This document shows, piece after piece, positions 38,101 to 47,558 of a DNA stretch of 64,000 nucleotides. A model generated the notes under the pieces. The model made no database searches and was not told where the DNA came from. It saw nothing but the letters and a program-made list of their open reading frames with translations. The number at the start of each line of letters is the position of its first letter. Within the stretch, counting starts at the first letter, position 1. The translations under genes were made by a program, and so were the position numbers. The DNA is from Alphaproteobacteria bacterium. Its GTDB lineage: Bacteria > Pseudomonadota > Alphaproteobacteria > UBA828. Location: the NCBI GenBank assembly GCA_965214705.1, contig CBDCCI010000002.1, forward strand, positions 864,001-928,000. The letters run 5' to 3'.

Positions 38101-41100
38101 CGAGCGGGGAGATCGCCTTCGACACGGAGGTCTTCCCATCCGATCCGGCGTGGCTCGCCGACCATCGCGTTTTCGGCCGGTTGATCGCGCCGGGCGCGCT
38201 ATACGGTGCCATGGCGGTATCGGCCACCCTCGCCGAGGGCAGCGACGCGGTGATCGTCGAAGACTTCCAGATGCAGAGCGCGCTGGTCTTCCCCGACGAG
38301 GACGCCGAGGACGGCACCGGCGATGCGGGCCGGCGTGTGCAGGTGCTGTTCGACGACGCTGAGGACGAGGCGGCTCGCCGGGTCCGCATCCTCAGCCGCG
38401 GCGACGCTGAGGACGGGTGGACGCAGCACGCGGAGGGTCGTATTTCGGCAAGCTCAGCTGGGCAGTCGCAAGCAGCCCCGCCGCTCGATATCGAGGGGCT
38501 GAAGGCCGCCCTCACGCCGGTGGATCTCGCGGCTTACTACCGCGCCAAGGCCGCCGTCGGGATCGATCTCGGCCCCTCGTTCCGTACGGTGGAGGGGCTA
38601 TGGGCACGGCGGGGCGAGGCGCTCGCCGAAGTGGCGCTCCCGGCCGGTGTGGAGCGAAACCCGTTCGACGTGCACCCGCTCGTGCTCGACGGCTGCTTCC
38701 AGGTCTTCGGCGCGGCGCGCAACCCCGACGGTGGCGAGGAAGGGATCACCTATCTGCCCTTCGCGTGGGAGCGGCTGTGGCTGGCTGTCGGCTTGCCGGA
38801 GCGTCTGTTCTGTCACGTGACTGTGAAGGAAGGCCGGCCCGGCGAGGAGGCGGACACTGAGGGCGGTGGAATACCGGAGGTTCATGCCGCCGACCTTCGC
38901 CTCTACGACCAAGACGGGGCGCTCATCGGGGAGTTGACCGGCTTCACCGTGAAGCGGGCAACGCGGGCGGCGCTGCTCGAAGGCGTGGAAGGGATCGACG
39001 AGCTTCTCTACGAAGTCGTATGGCGCGACTGCGCCTTGCCGCCGGGCATGCTGCCGGCAGACTTTCTGCCGAGTCCGTCGGCCGCGGCGTCCCGCTCGCA
39101 GCCATTCTCCCGGTATCTGACCGATGAGGGAGTCGAGGTCGCGGACGAGACCGACCTCCAAGGGGAAATGGGGCGGGCGTCGTGGTGCTACGCGCTCTCG
39201 GCCCTGGAAACGCTCGGTTGGGAGCGAAGCGCGAGCGCGGTCGTAAACCCGGAGGAGCTGCGCAAGCGCCTGGAAGTTCTGCCCGAACACGCGCATCTGC
39301 TCCGCCGGATGCTCGAGATCCTGGCTCGTTCGGGCGTGTTGCAGGCGAAGGACGAAGGTTTTGTTGTAAGGATCGGAGCGGACGATCCGTTGCCGGACGA
39401 AATGCCGTGCGATTCAGAGGCGTTTCTGGCCGAGGTAACCGGGCGCTTCCCGCACGCGGCGAACGAGATCGGGCTGTTTCGGCGCTGCGCCGGTGCCCTG
39501 CCCGATGTGCTGCGCGGCAACGAGGATCCTCTGTCGCTGCTGTTCGGCGACGCGGAGCCGACGGCCGGCGATCTGTATCGGCTCGCGCCGGTCTGGCGGG
39601 CAGCGAACCGCATGATCGGCGAGGTGGTTCGCACGCTCGTGGACAACGTGCCGGACGGGCGGCGTCTGCGCGTACTGGAGGTGGGCGCCGGCATCGGCTC
39701 GGCGACCGAAACCATCCTGCCCGAGCTTCCGGTCGGGCGGTTCGACCTCATGTATACCGACATCTCCGCAGGCTTCTTCGCGGAGGCGGAATCGCGCTTC
39801 GGCGGCGCCGAGGCGTCGATCGACTACCGGGTGCTGGATATCGAGAAGGACCCGGTGGAGCAGGGCTTCGAGCCCCACGCATACGACATGGTCATCGCGG
39901 CCAACGTGCTACACGCCACGAGCCATCTGGACGAGACGCTCGCCCACTGCCGGGCGCTCCTGGCCCCGTCGGGGCTGCTGGTGGCGCTAGAGAACCAGCG
40001 TGGTAGGGGCTGGATGGACCTGATCTTCGGTCAGCTGGACGGATGGTGGCGCTTCGCCGATCGCTACCGCCCGAACCACGCCCTCGCCGGACCCGACGTG
40101 TGGCGTCAGGCGCTGGCCGATGCGGGGTTCACGGAATCCGAGGTTCTCGGCGTGGACCGATCGGAGACGGCCGGCCTGCCGGATCGAGGGGTGATCGTGG
40201 CGCAGGGCCCAGCGGAGATCGACCTGCCCGAGGGCGCCTGGATTCTGGCTGCCGACCGGGGCGGCGCTGCGGCGGCACTCGCGGCGCAACTCGCGGCACA
40301 GAACCAACGGGTGGTGCTGGCCGGCGACGATCCGGCGGGCACGGGCGCGGCGGCAGAGAGCGAGGCCGGGATCGTCGCGGCTTCAGTCGAGATGGAGTGC
40401 CGCGAGTCCTGGCGATCGCTCGTCGAAGGCCTGTCCCCGGACGTGCCTTTCGCCGGCGCGGTGCACCTCGTCGCGCAGGACGGCCATGGAGCGGACGCGA
40501 CGACCGCAGACTTGGCGGCGGATGCGAAACGGGCGGCGGCGAGCGCGCTCGCGCTCGTGCAGGGCATCGCGGACGCAGACGCCGTGCCCGAAAAGGGCCT
40601 CTGGTTCGTCACCAGGGGTGCGCAGGTGCTGGAGCGGGAGCGGACCGGACAGTTGGCCGGCGCCGCCCTTTGGGGCCTGGGCAAGGTGGTGGTGCGGGAG
40701 GCGCCCCAGCTGCAATCCCGGATGCTCGATCTCGACCCCGAGGCAGCGGAGCCGCAGGCCGTCCTCGCGGATGAATTGCTGTTCCCGGATTCGGAGAACC
40801 ACATCGCGCACCGCCAGGTAGCCCGGCTGGTGCGGACGGGTTCCGGCGCGGAGCGTCTTGCCCTGCCGGAGGAGGCGGATTGGGTGCTGGCACCGGACGA
40901 GGGAGGGGCGATCGAGACACTGCGGGTGCAGCCGCTGGCGGCGCGTGCCCTGGAGCCGAAGGAGGTGCGCGTCGCGGTCGAAGCCTGCGGGCTCAACTTC
41001 CTTGATGTGTTCCGAGCCATGGGCCTGGTCGAGGAGGGACTACTCGGCGAGGAATTCTGCGGCCGGATTGTCGAAACCGGTTCGGACGTAACCTCCGTCA

Positions 41101-42638
41101 CGGTGGGCGACCGCGTGGCCGGCTTTGCGTTCGGCACCTTCGGGCCGGAGGTGGTGACGCGGGAGGAACTGGTCGCGCTTGCGCCGCCGGACGTGTCGGC
41201 GACGGCGCTCGCCACGATCCCCTCGGTGTTTGTGACATGCGTGCTGTCATATGAGCTTGCCGGGCTGAAGGCCGGGGACCGCGTGTTGATTCACGCCGGC
41301 GCGGGCGGAGTCGGCCTTGCGGCCATCCAGCTCGCCCAGGCGGCAGGGGCGGAAGTGTTCGCCACGGCGAGCACGCGCAAGCGAGCCTATCTCCGCTCGC
41401 TCGGCGTCGAGCATGTGTTTGACAGCCGCTTGACCGCGTTCGGTGAGGAAATCCTCGCGGCCACAGGCGGCGCTGGGGTCGACGTGGTGCTGAACAGCTT
41501 GACTGGCGAGGGCTTTATCGAGGCGAGCCTCGCCTGCCTCGCCGAGCGCGGCCGCTTCGTGGAACTCGCCAGGCGGGATATCCTGAGCGAGGACGAGATG
41601 GCGGCACTGCGGCCGGATGTCGCCTATTCGATCCTCGATCTCTACACCCTGAAACAGCAGGATCCCGCGCGTCCCGGTGCGGCCCTGAAAGAGGTGCTGG
41701 CACGCATCACTACGGGCGAGCTTGCGCCGCTCAGGCACACCAGATGGCCGCTAGCCGAGACGAGCGCCGCGATGGGCTACATGCGCGCGGCGCGACATAT
41801 CGGCAAGATCGTGCTGACGACGTCTCCCCTCGGGGCGGGCCGGCTGCGGCAGGACCGGACCTACCTGGTGACCGGCGGCCTCGGGGGCATCGGCTGTGCG
41901 CTTGCCGAGTGGCTGGCCGAGCGCGGCGCGGGCACGGTCGTGCTGAACGGCCGACGGGCACCGGACGCGGCTGCCGAAGAGGCGATCGAGGCGCTGCGCG
42001 CCCGCGGGTTCAGCGTGGAGGTCGAGCTTGCGGACGTGACGGATCCGGCCGCGCTGGATGCCATGCTCGCGCGGATGGACGGGGCCCTGCCGCCGCTCGC
42101 CGGGGTGATCCACAGCGTCGGCGTGCTGGCCGACGCCGCGCTCGGAAACCAGAGCTGGGAGAGCTTCGAGACCGTGCTGTGGCCGAAGATGCTCGGCGCA
42201 TGGCACCTCCACCGCGCAACCGCCGATCGCGACCTCGACCTCTTCGTTATCTTCTCGAGCGTGGCCGGCATCCTGGGCAATCCGGGCCAGGCCAATCACG
42301 CGGCGGCCAACGCGTTCCTCGATCAGCTCGCCGCCCACCGGCGCGCGCTGGGTCTTCCGGGCCAGGCCATCGCCTGGGGTGCGTGGTCGGGGCTCGGCGA
42401 GGCGGAGGAGCAGCGCGAGCGGATCGCACAGCGGCGGGAGGCATCGGGAACGGGCTGGTTCACGCCGGAGCAGGGCTTCAAGGCGCTCGATCGTCTGCTG
42501 CGGCAGGACGCCGCTGCCGCTGCCGTGCTGACGGCGGACTGGGCAGCGTTCGGCGAGGCCCTAGAGAGCCGCCCACCCCTGTTCGAGGACCTGCTCTCTG
42601 ACGCGTCCGCGGACGACGAAGCCGCGGCCTCGTCGGAA
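35193..42638 (+). pseudogene. supA: SupA-like type I PKS, fragment 1: KS-AT-DH-MT-ER-KR (reads 14 aa into the IS, stop at 42683)
   Basis: KS DTACSSS/HGTGT/NIGHLE; AT GHSLG; DH HRVFGRLIAP; MT LEVGAGIG; ER LIHAGAGGVG; KR TGGLGGIG. Confidence 0.9.
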
Positions 42639-44798
42639 CCCAAGTTGGCACTTTTCCGCTGCCTGTGTTCCCTATTGGTTTGATTCAACGCGATATTTTT
42701 CTCGGTCGATTCCAACATGGCCCCACATTTTGTGAGATTCTGTCAGCTCATCAGACGGGTCCTCGTGCGGTGGATGGCGGGGTCCACGCCCGCCGCCGAG
42801 GAGATTGCGGCAACCTCGGCGGCCGGGCGCGTGTCCTGGCGGTTGACGATCAAGGTGCCGTCGGTCTGGCGCAGGCGCGTGGTGATCCGCACCCAGGTCC
42901 GCATGCTCTCGCGGATCGACGCCCAGCACTTGTGGATGCCGCGCGCGGCCAGCCGGGTACGGATCAGATGCACGGCGTGGTAGGCCAGCACGGCGATCAG
43001 CAGGTGGGCCGCGATGCGCCGGTCGAGCTGGTGCCAGATCGGGCGAAGGCCGAGCTCGGATTTCAGGCTCCGGAATGTCGCCTCGATATCCGTGATCCGC
43101 CAGTACGTCCGCAGGACCGTCTCGATGTCCCAGTCGACGTGGCTGGTGCGCAGCACATAGGCACCGGCGCCCTCATCGGCCTCGTCGTATCGCGGCCTGC
43201 GCTTGAAGCGCACGGCGGTGGCATTGGGGCCGGTTTTCGCCCTCTCGACCGTGATCTCGTAGTGCCTGGCGACGGCGGAGAAGCGCTGCTTGAGGCGGCC
43301 TATGCTCTCCAGCACCTTGTCGTAGCGCTTGAGGCGGCCCTTGACCGGGAGGCCGCCGTGGAGCCTTTCCAGCGCCGCCTCGAAGCGGTTCCGCCTCAGG
43401 CCGATGATCGCGTTCTCGGCCTTCTTCTTGCCCTCGCTGACGACGTAGAGCCGCGCCTCGCCGTCCTCGCTGGCAAGCCGCCAGGCCCGCACCTCGTGGC
43501 GCGCGCTGGTGATCAGCAGGGCCTCGGGTCCGCCCTCGGGCGGCGCAGGCCTGGCACCGCGGCTGACCGCGATCCAGTCGTAGCCCTGCTCGCCCAGCCA
43601 CGCGATGTTTTTCTCGGTGGCGATGCCCGCGTCCATGACCACCGTGGGCTTCGCCGCCGTGCCGCCGCACACCGCCTCGAGCCGCGCCAGCGCCTCGTGC
43701 AGCGTGCCCGGCTCGCTCACGTTGCCCGGCAGGATCTCGCAACTGCGCGGGAAGCCCGCGCCGTCGAGCGCCAGCGCCAGCGTGATGAGGGGACAGTCGT
43801 CGCGCTTCTGCTTGGAGCGCCCGAACCTGGGAAGCTCGCCGCCCGTGTGGCCGTGGTAGTGGACGTTGGTGAGATCGTAGAAGGCGATCGTCTCGGGCAG
43901 GTCGAGCAGTGCGCGCTCACGGTTGAACAGCTCCCGCTGGATGGCGGCGCGGTGGCGCCAGAGCAGGTCGCCGATGCGGTAGAGCGTCTTGCGCCGCAGC
44001 GCCTTGCGGTCGCCCTCCAGGCCCAGGAGCTCGGCGGCCGCGCTGTCGTGGCGGAGCCAGCGGCTGGTATCACGCTCGCTGGCGGGATGGACCATCCTGG
44101 CGACGATCAGCGCGCTGGCGATGCGCCCGTCGCGGCCCTTGATGTCGAGGCCGTGGAGGATTTCGGCGAAGCCGAGGGCGTCGAGGGCCTTGAGGCACAG
44201 GCGCTCGCAGCCGACCGTGCGCGGGTTCTCGTGCTCCAGGGTATCGAGGTCGACGGTGGCGATGTCGGGCTTGCGCGCCTCTTCCTGCATCGCCTCGACG
44301 CGGAACCCCCTGGCCCTGAGCTTGGCGACGATGTCCTCGGCTGCGGCCCGCACATCCGCCTCGCCCTCGAACAGCGGCGGCTTGCCGTGAAGCAGCGCCT
44401 CGGCGAGTTCGGTGACGGCCTTCCACTTCTCGCGCGGCACCGGATAGTCGGTGCCGAGATTGAGCAGCGTCCTGTGGCGCACCTTGTCGCCGACGCGCTG
44501 GGCGAGCACGAGGCGATGGCTTCGGACCGGCTGGCCGGCCTTGTCGGTGTGTGTCCTGGTTGCCTTGATGTACATGGCGGCGCCGTTTCTGCGATGCCTG
44601 TTTCGCATACACGGCGTTCGCGGCATCTGGCAAGAGGGATATCGACTCAACTCCAAAGTCCTGGCCCCACAATTGGCTTCCAGGACCACGAATGGCAAAT
44701 GTGGGTCTCAGGTGTCCTCCAACCCCAACATCTAGTGGTTCAGCGCCGCAAAACTGGCTCGAACAGGCTCGGCTGGTCGGAAAAAGTGCCAACTTGGG
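42639..44798 (-). mobile_element. IS1634-family insertion sequence, 2160 bp
   Basis: Terminal IRs CCCAAGTTGGCACTTTT (from 42639) and AAAAGTGCCAACTTGGG (to 44798); target duplication GGAA at 42635-42638 and 44799-44802. Confidence 0.93.
42743..44575 (-). CDS. IS1634 family DDE transposase
   Basis: YDLTNVHYHG, FGRSKQKRDDC, VVMDAG, IEATFRSLKSELGLRPIWH; likely start MYIKAT at 44575. Confidence 0.92.
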   Translation of the reverse strand: MYIKATRTHTDKAGQPVRSHRLVLAQRVGDKVRHRTLLNLGTDYPVPREKWKAVTELAEALLHGKPPLFEGEADVRAAAEDIVAKLRARGFRVEAMQEEARKPDIATVDLDTLEHENPRTVGCERLCLKALDALGFAEILHGLDIKGRDGRIASALIVARMVHPASERDTSRWLRHDSAAAELLGLEGDRKALRRKTLYRIGDLLWRHRAAIQRELFNRERALLDLPETIAFYDLTNVHYHGHTGGELPRFGRSKQKRDDCPLITLALALDGAGFPRSCEILPGNVSEPGTLHEALARLEAVCGGTAAKPTVVMDAGIATEKNIAWLGEQGYDWIAVSRGARPAPPEGGPEALLITSARHEVRAWRLASEDGEARLYVVSEGKKKAENAIIGLRRNRFEAALERLHGGLPVKGRLKRYDKVLESIGRLKQRFSAVARHYEITVERAKTGPNATAVRFKRRPRYDEADEGAGAYVLRTSHVDWDIETVLRTYWRITDIEATFRSLKSELGLRPIWHQLDRRIAAHLLIAVLAYHAVHLIRTRLAARGIHKCWASIRESMRTWVRITTRLRQTDGTLIVNRQDTRPAAEVAAISSAAGVDPAIHRTRTRLMS

Positions 44799-44802
44799 GG
44801 AA

Positions 44803-45025
44803 GACCTGCTTGCACAGCTTGCCGCGACGCCCGCGGCGGGGCGCGAGGAACTCTTGGTGTCCTTCCTGCAACAGGAGGTGCAGGCGGTGCTGCGGCTGCC
44901 GTCGGCGCCGGCGCCGACGGTCGGCTTCTTCGACCTCGGCATGGATTCGCTGATGGCGGTCGAGCTGCGGAACCGCCTGAACCGGGCGTTCTCCGGCGCT
45001 TACGCGGCGCCTAACACGCTGGTGT
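44803..45025 (+). pseudogene. supA: SupA-like PKS fragment 2: most of the ACP domain
   Basis: DLLAQL...GFFDLGMDSLMAVELRNRL...APNTLV; joins fragment 1 in frame once the IS is removed. Confidence 0.92.
45015..45025 (+). repeat. attL core CACGCTGGTGT
   Basis: Identical to 58930-58940; PKS similarity stops immediately after it. Confidence 0.9.
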
Positions 45026-45375
45026 GCACTAGCCTACACGATTTTTCAGTGCTCAGGGGCTGACGCAGGGTTGCAGTTCCCTCCTTTATTCGGGTTATGC
45101 TACAGTAGGTTACAGGAGAGGTCAAGGGGAAATAGAGCGGGGGTGGAGGACACATTGGCAGATCATGTGTCTTCCAGAAGTTGCATTCAGGGAAGTCGGG
45201 GCGTGGAATTTGCCGTGGAGAACTGGTATGGTTTCTGTGCTGAGACTGGATAATTCAGTCAGGACACACGAATGGCATGCAATTGCAGTTGCGAGGAATA
45301 TCATAGGAGTTTCGTGATCTGTCCTGCATTGCGGAGGAGCCGCGTGTCGCGGTTACAGAAGGTCCCTACGGGCGG

Positions 45376-45747
45376 ATGGCCACGATGAGGGAGGATACTA
45401 GCGGACGGCGCCAGCGCGCGGTCATGGCCACCGATGCGGAGTGGGAGCGCATCGGCCGGGCTGCGGCGGCTTGCGGTATGGACCTGTCTCGCTTCGTCAT
45501 CCATCGCGCTCTCGATCGCGATCCGCTGCCGCCGGAAGTCCTGCGCCGGGCGGTCCGCGAGATGCTGGTGATGTCCAGGCTGGAGGAGAGGCGGCTACGC
45601 GGGGCGGGCGCCGGCGAGGCCTGGGAGGACGCCTGCGACGCGGTGGACGAATGGATGGAGCGCGAGAGCATGCTCGACCGGCTCACCGATCCAGGTGCTG
45701 CGAACCGCTGGAAGGCGGCGGGGCGGGTTGAGGAGGACGGGTCGTGA
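45376..45747 (+). CDS. Small ribbon-helix-helix (MobC/CopG-like) protein 1
   Basis: RQRAVMATDAEWERIGRAAAACGMDLSRFVIHRAL strand-helix-G-helix pattern. Confidence 0.65.
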   Translation: MATMREDTSGRRQRAVMATDAEWERIGRAAAACGMDLSRFVIHRALDRDPLPPEVLRRAVREMLVMSRLEERRLRGAGAGEAWEDACDAVDEWMERESMLDRLTDPGAANRWKAAGRVEEDGS

Positions 45748-46055
45748 CGGAGGAGGCGGCACGGCCGCTCAGGCGTCAGCGAAGCCTGCACTGCAAGCCG
45801 GCTGAACAGGCGATGATCCGGGAGCGCGCGGCGGCGGCGGAGAAGACCGTGTCGCGCTATATTCTGGATCTCGCGCTCGCCGACGATCCGGACCGCCATC
45901 CGCTGGTGCTGACTGAAGCGGAACAGGTGGAGCAGCGGGACGGGGTGCGGGAGTTGCAGGCATTCGTGCGGGCTCTCCGGCGCGAGCTTCCGGGGGGCAG
46001 CGGGCTGAGCCTTCTGAGCGCGATCTCCGTCCTCGCGAGGGAGCGTGCGCTGTGA
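45744..46055 (+). CDS. Small RHH-like protein 2
   Basis: RQRSLHCKPAEQAMIRERAAAAEKTVSRYILDLAL; GTGA overlap with the previous gene. Confidence 0.65.
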   Translation: MTEEAARPLRRQRSLHCKPAEQAMIRERAAAAEKTVSRYILDLALADDPDRHPLVLTEAEQVEQRDGVRELQAFVRALRRELPGGSGLSLLSAISVLARERAL

Positions 46056-46588
46056 GACGGACGCGGCGTCGGCGGAAGGCGCGCAGGCCGAGCAGGCACA
46101 TCTCGATTTCGGCGACGGACGCGGAGTGGGAGACCGTTCGCAACAAGGCCGACCAGCGCGGGCTGTCGATCGCGCGCTACCTGCTGGAGCTGGTGGAGCG
46201 GGACGGCTCGGAAGAGGACACTGGTCTCCGGCACGAGTGGCCCGCGTTGGCGCTGGCAAAGGACGAGCAGCGGGAGCAGCTGGAGGCGCTGCGGGAGGTT
46301 CGCGCGCTGATGCTGGAGGGGGAGGATGCGGGTCCGCTTGTGCGCGACATGCAGGAGAGGATCGCGGTGATGTTCGCCGCCTGGGCGTCCGCGATGGCCG
46401 GGGCGGGCCGCTCGGAAGAGCTGCGCATGGCGCTCGCCTCGGTGCTGGGCGAGGAGCGGGCACGCATCGCTGCGGCGTCGGTCGTGACCTCGGTCACGGT
46501 TTCGACCGAGCCGCCGGCAGCGAAGAAGGAGGTCGCGCCTGAGTCCCGCGAGGGAAAGGCGGACGCCGGCCAGGACCGGCTCTTGTGA
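46052..46588 (+). CDS. Small RHH-like protein 3
   Basis: RHISISATDAEWETVRNKADQRGLSIARYLLELV; GTGA overlap with the previous gene. Confidence 0.65.
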   Translation: MRRTRRRRKARRPSRHISISATDAEWETVRNKADQRGLSIARYLLELVERDGSEEDTGLRHEWPALALAKDEQREQLEALREVRALMLEGEDAGPLVRDMQERIAVMFAAWASAMAGAGRSEELRMALASVLGEERARIAAASVVTSVTVSTEPPAAKKEVAPESREGKADAGQDRLL

Positions 46589-46815
46589 GGCGGGCACCAT
46601 GTGCGCCACGGTCCCTATCGAGGTGCAGAGAATCGTCGGTACAAGGGGAGAGACAACGTGATTGCGGGATGCGGCGGCAGAAGCGAAAGGTCGCGCTTCA
46701 GGCCCACAACGGGAAGACGGACTTGCGCCTATACCGTTTGCTGTGAGGCGGCCTCCATGTGCGCCACCGGCATGAACGAGGTGCACGAGATCGACCACAC
46801 GAGGGAACAATTGTC

Positions 46816-47483
46816 GTGACTGCGGAGCGCGACGGCAAGAGCGCGTGGACCGGCCAGCCGGACTTGCTGGCGAGCCTGCCGCCGGAGGGCCCGCCCGCTT
46901 CGCGGCCGGATCCCGGTATCGATCCTGCCGTGGTCGAGGAACTGCTCACCGAAGTCCGGGTCCTGCGGGAGCAGGTGGCCGGACTGAAGGAAGCGGTATC
47001 CGCCGACCGGCCTGCGCCAGCGCCTGAGGCTGCACCTGAGGTGCTGACGCGGGAGGCGCTGGAAGCCTGGGGCGACAATCTCGTGACCCGTGTTGCCGAG
47101 GCTGCGCGGTCGGCAGACGCGCCGGCGGCCGCGCCGGGGACGACGCGGCGGCGGCGACCGTCGCAAACCATGCCGGCAGGATCGAGGAAGCGGCGGCGAA
47201 GGCGGCAGCGGCGGCGGAACGCATCGATCGGGGTATGGCAACCACTGCGGACCGGGTCGCGGCCGGGGTCGAGGAGGCCGCGGCCAGGATCGAAAAGGGC
47301 CTCGCAGCGACGCGCTCCCAGGTCATCGACCATTCCGGTTCTATCCGTGGGCTTCTCTATGACGTCCTCACGCAAACGGCCGGACCGAAGTTCGGCTTGA
47401 AGACGGTTCTTGTGGGCTTGATCGTCTTCGTTCTGGGCATGCTGCTCGAGAGCCACATACATCTGCTCTACCGATGGCAGTGA
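46816..47483 (+). pseudogene. Coiled-coil protein with C-terminal TM helix, frameshifted at a G4 run (47136-47139)
   Basis: GAGGGA RBS plus GTG at 46816; adding one G joins ...AAPG to DDAAAATVANHAGRIEEAAAK...GLIVFVLGMLL. Confidence 0.6.
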
Positions 47484-47558
47484 GCCCGGTGAGCCTGCGG
47501 CGTCCCGCCTGTCCGCCACTGCCGCGCACCGGCGCGGCCGTAATCGGGGTCTGAGCCG

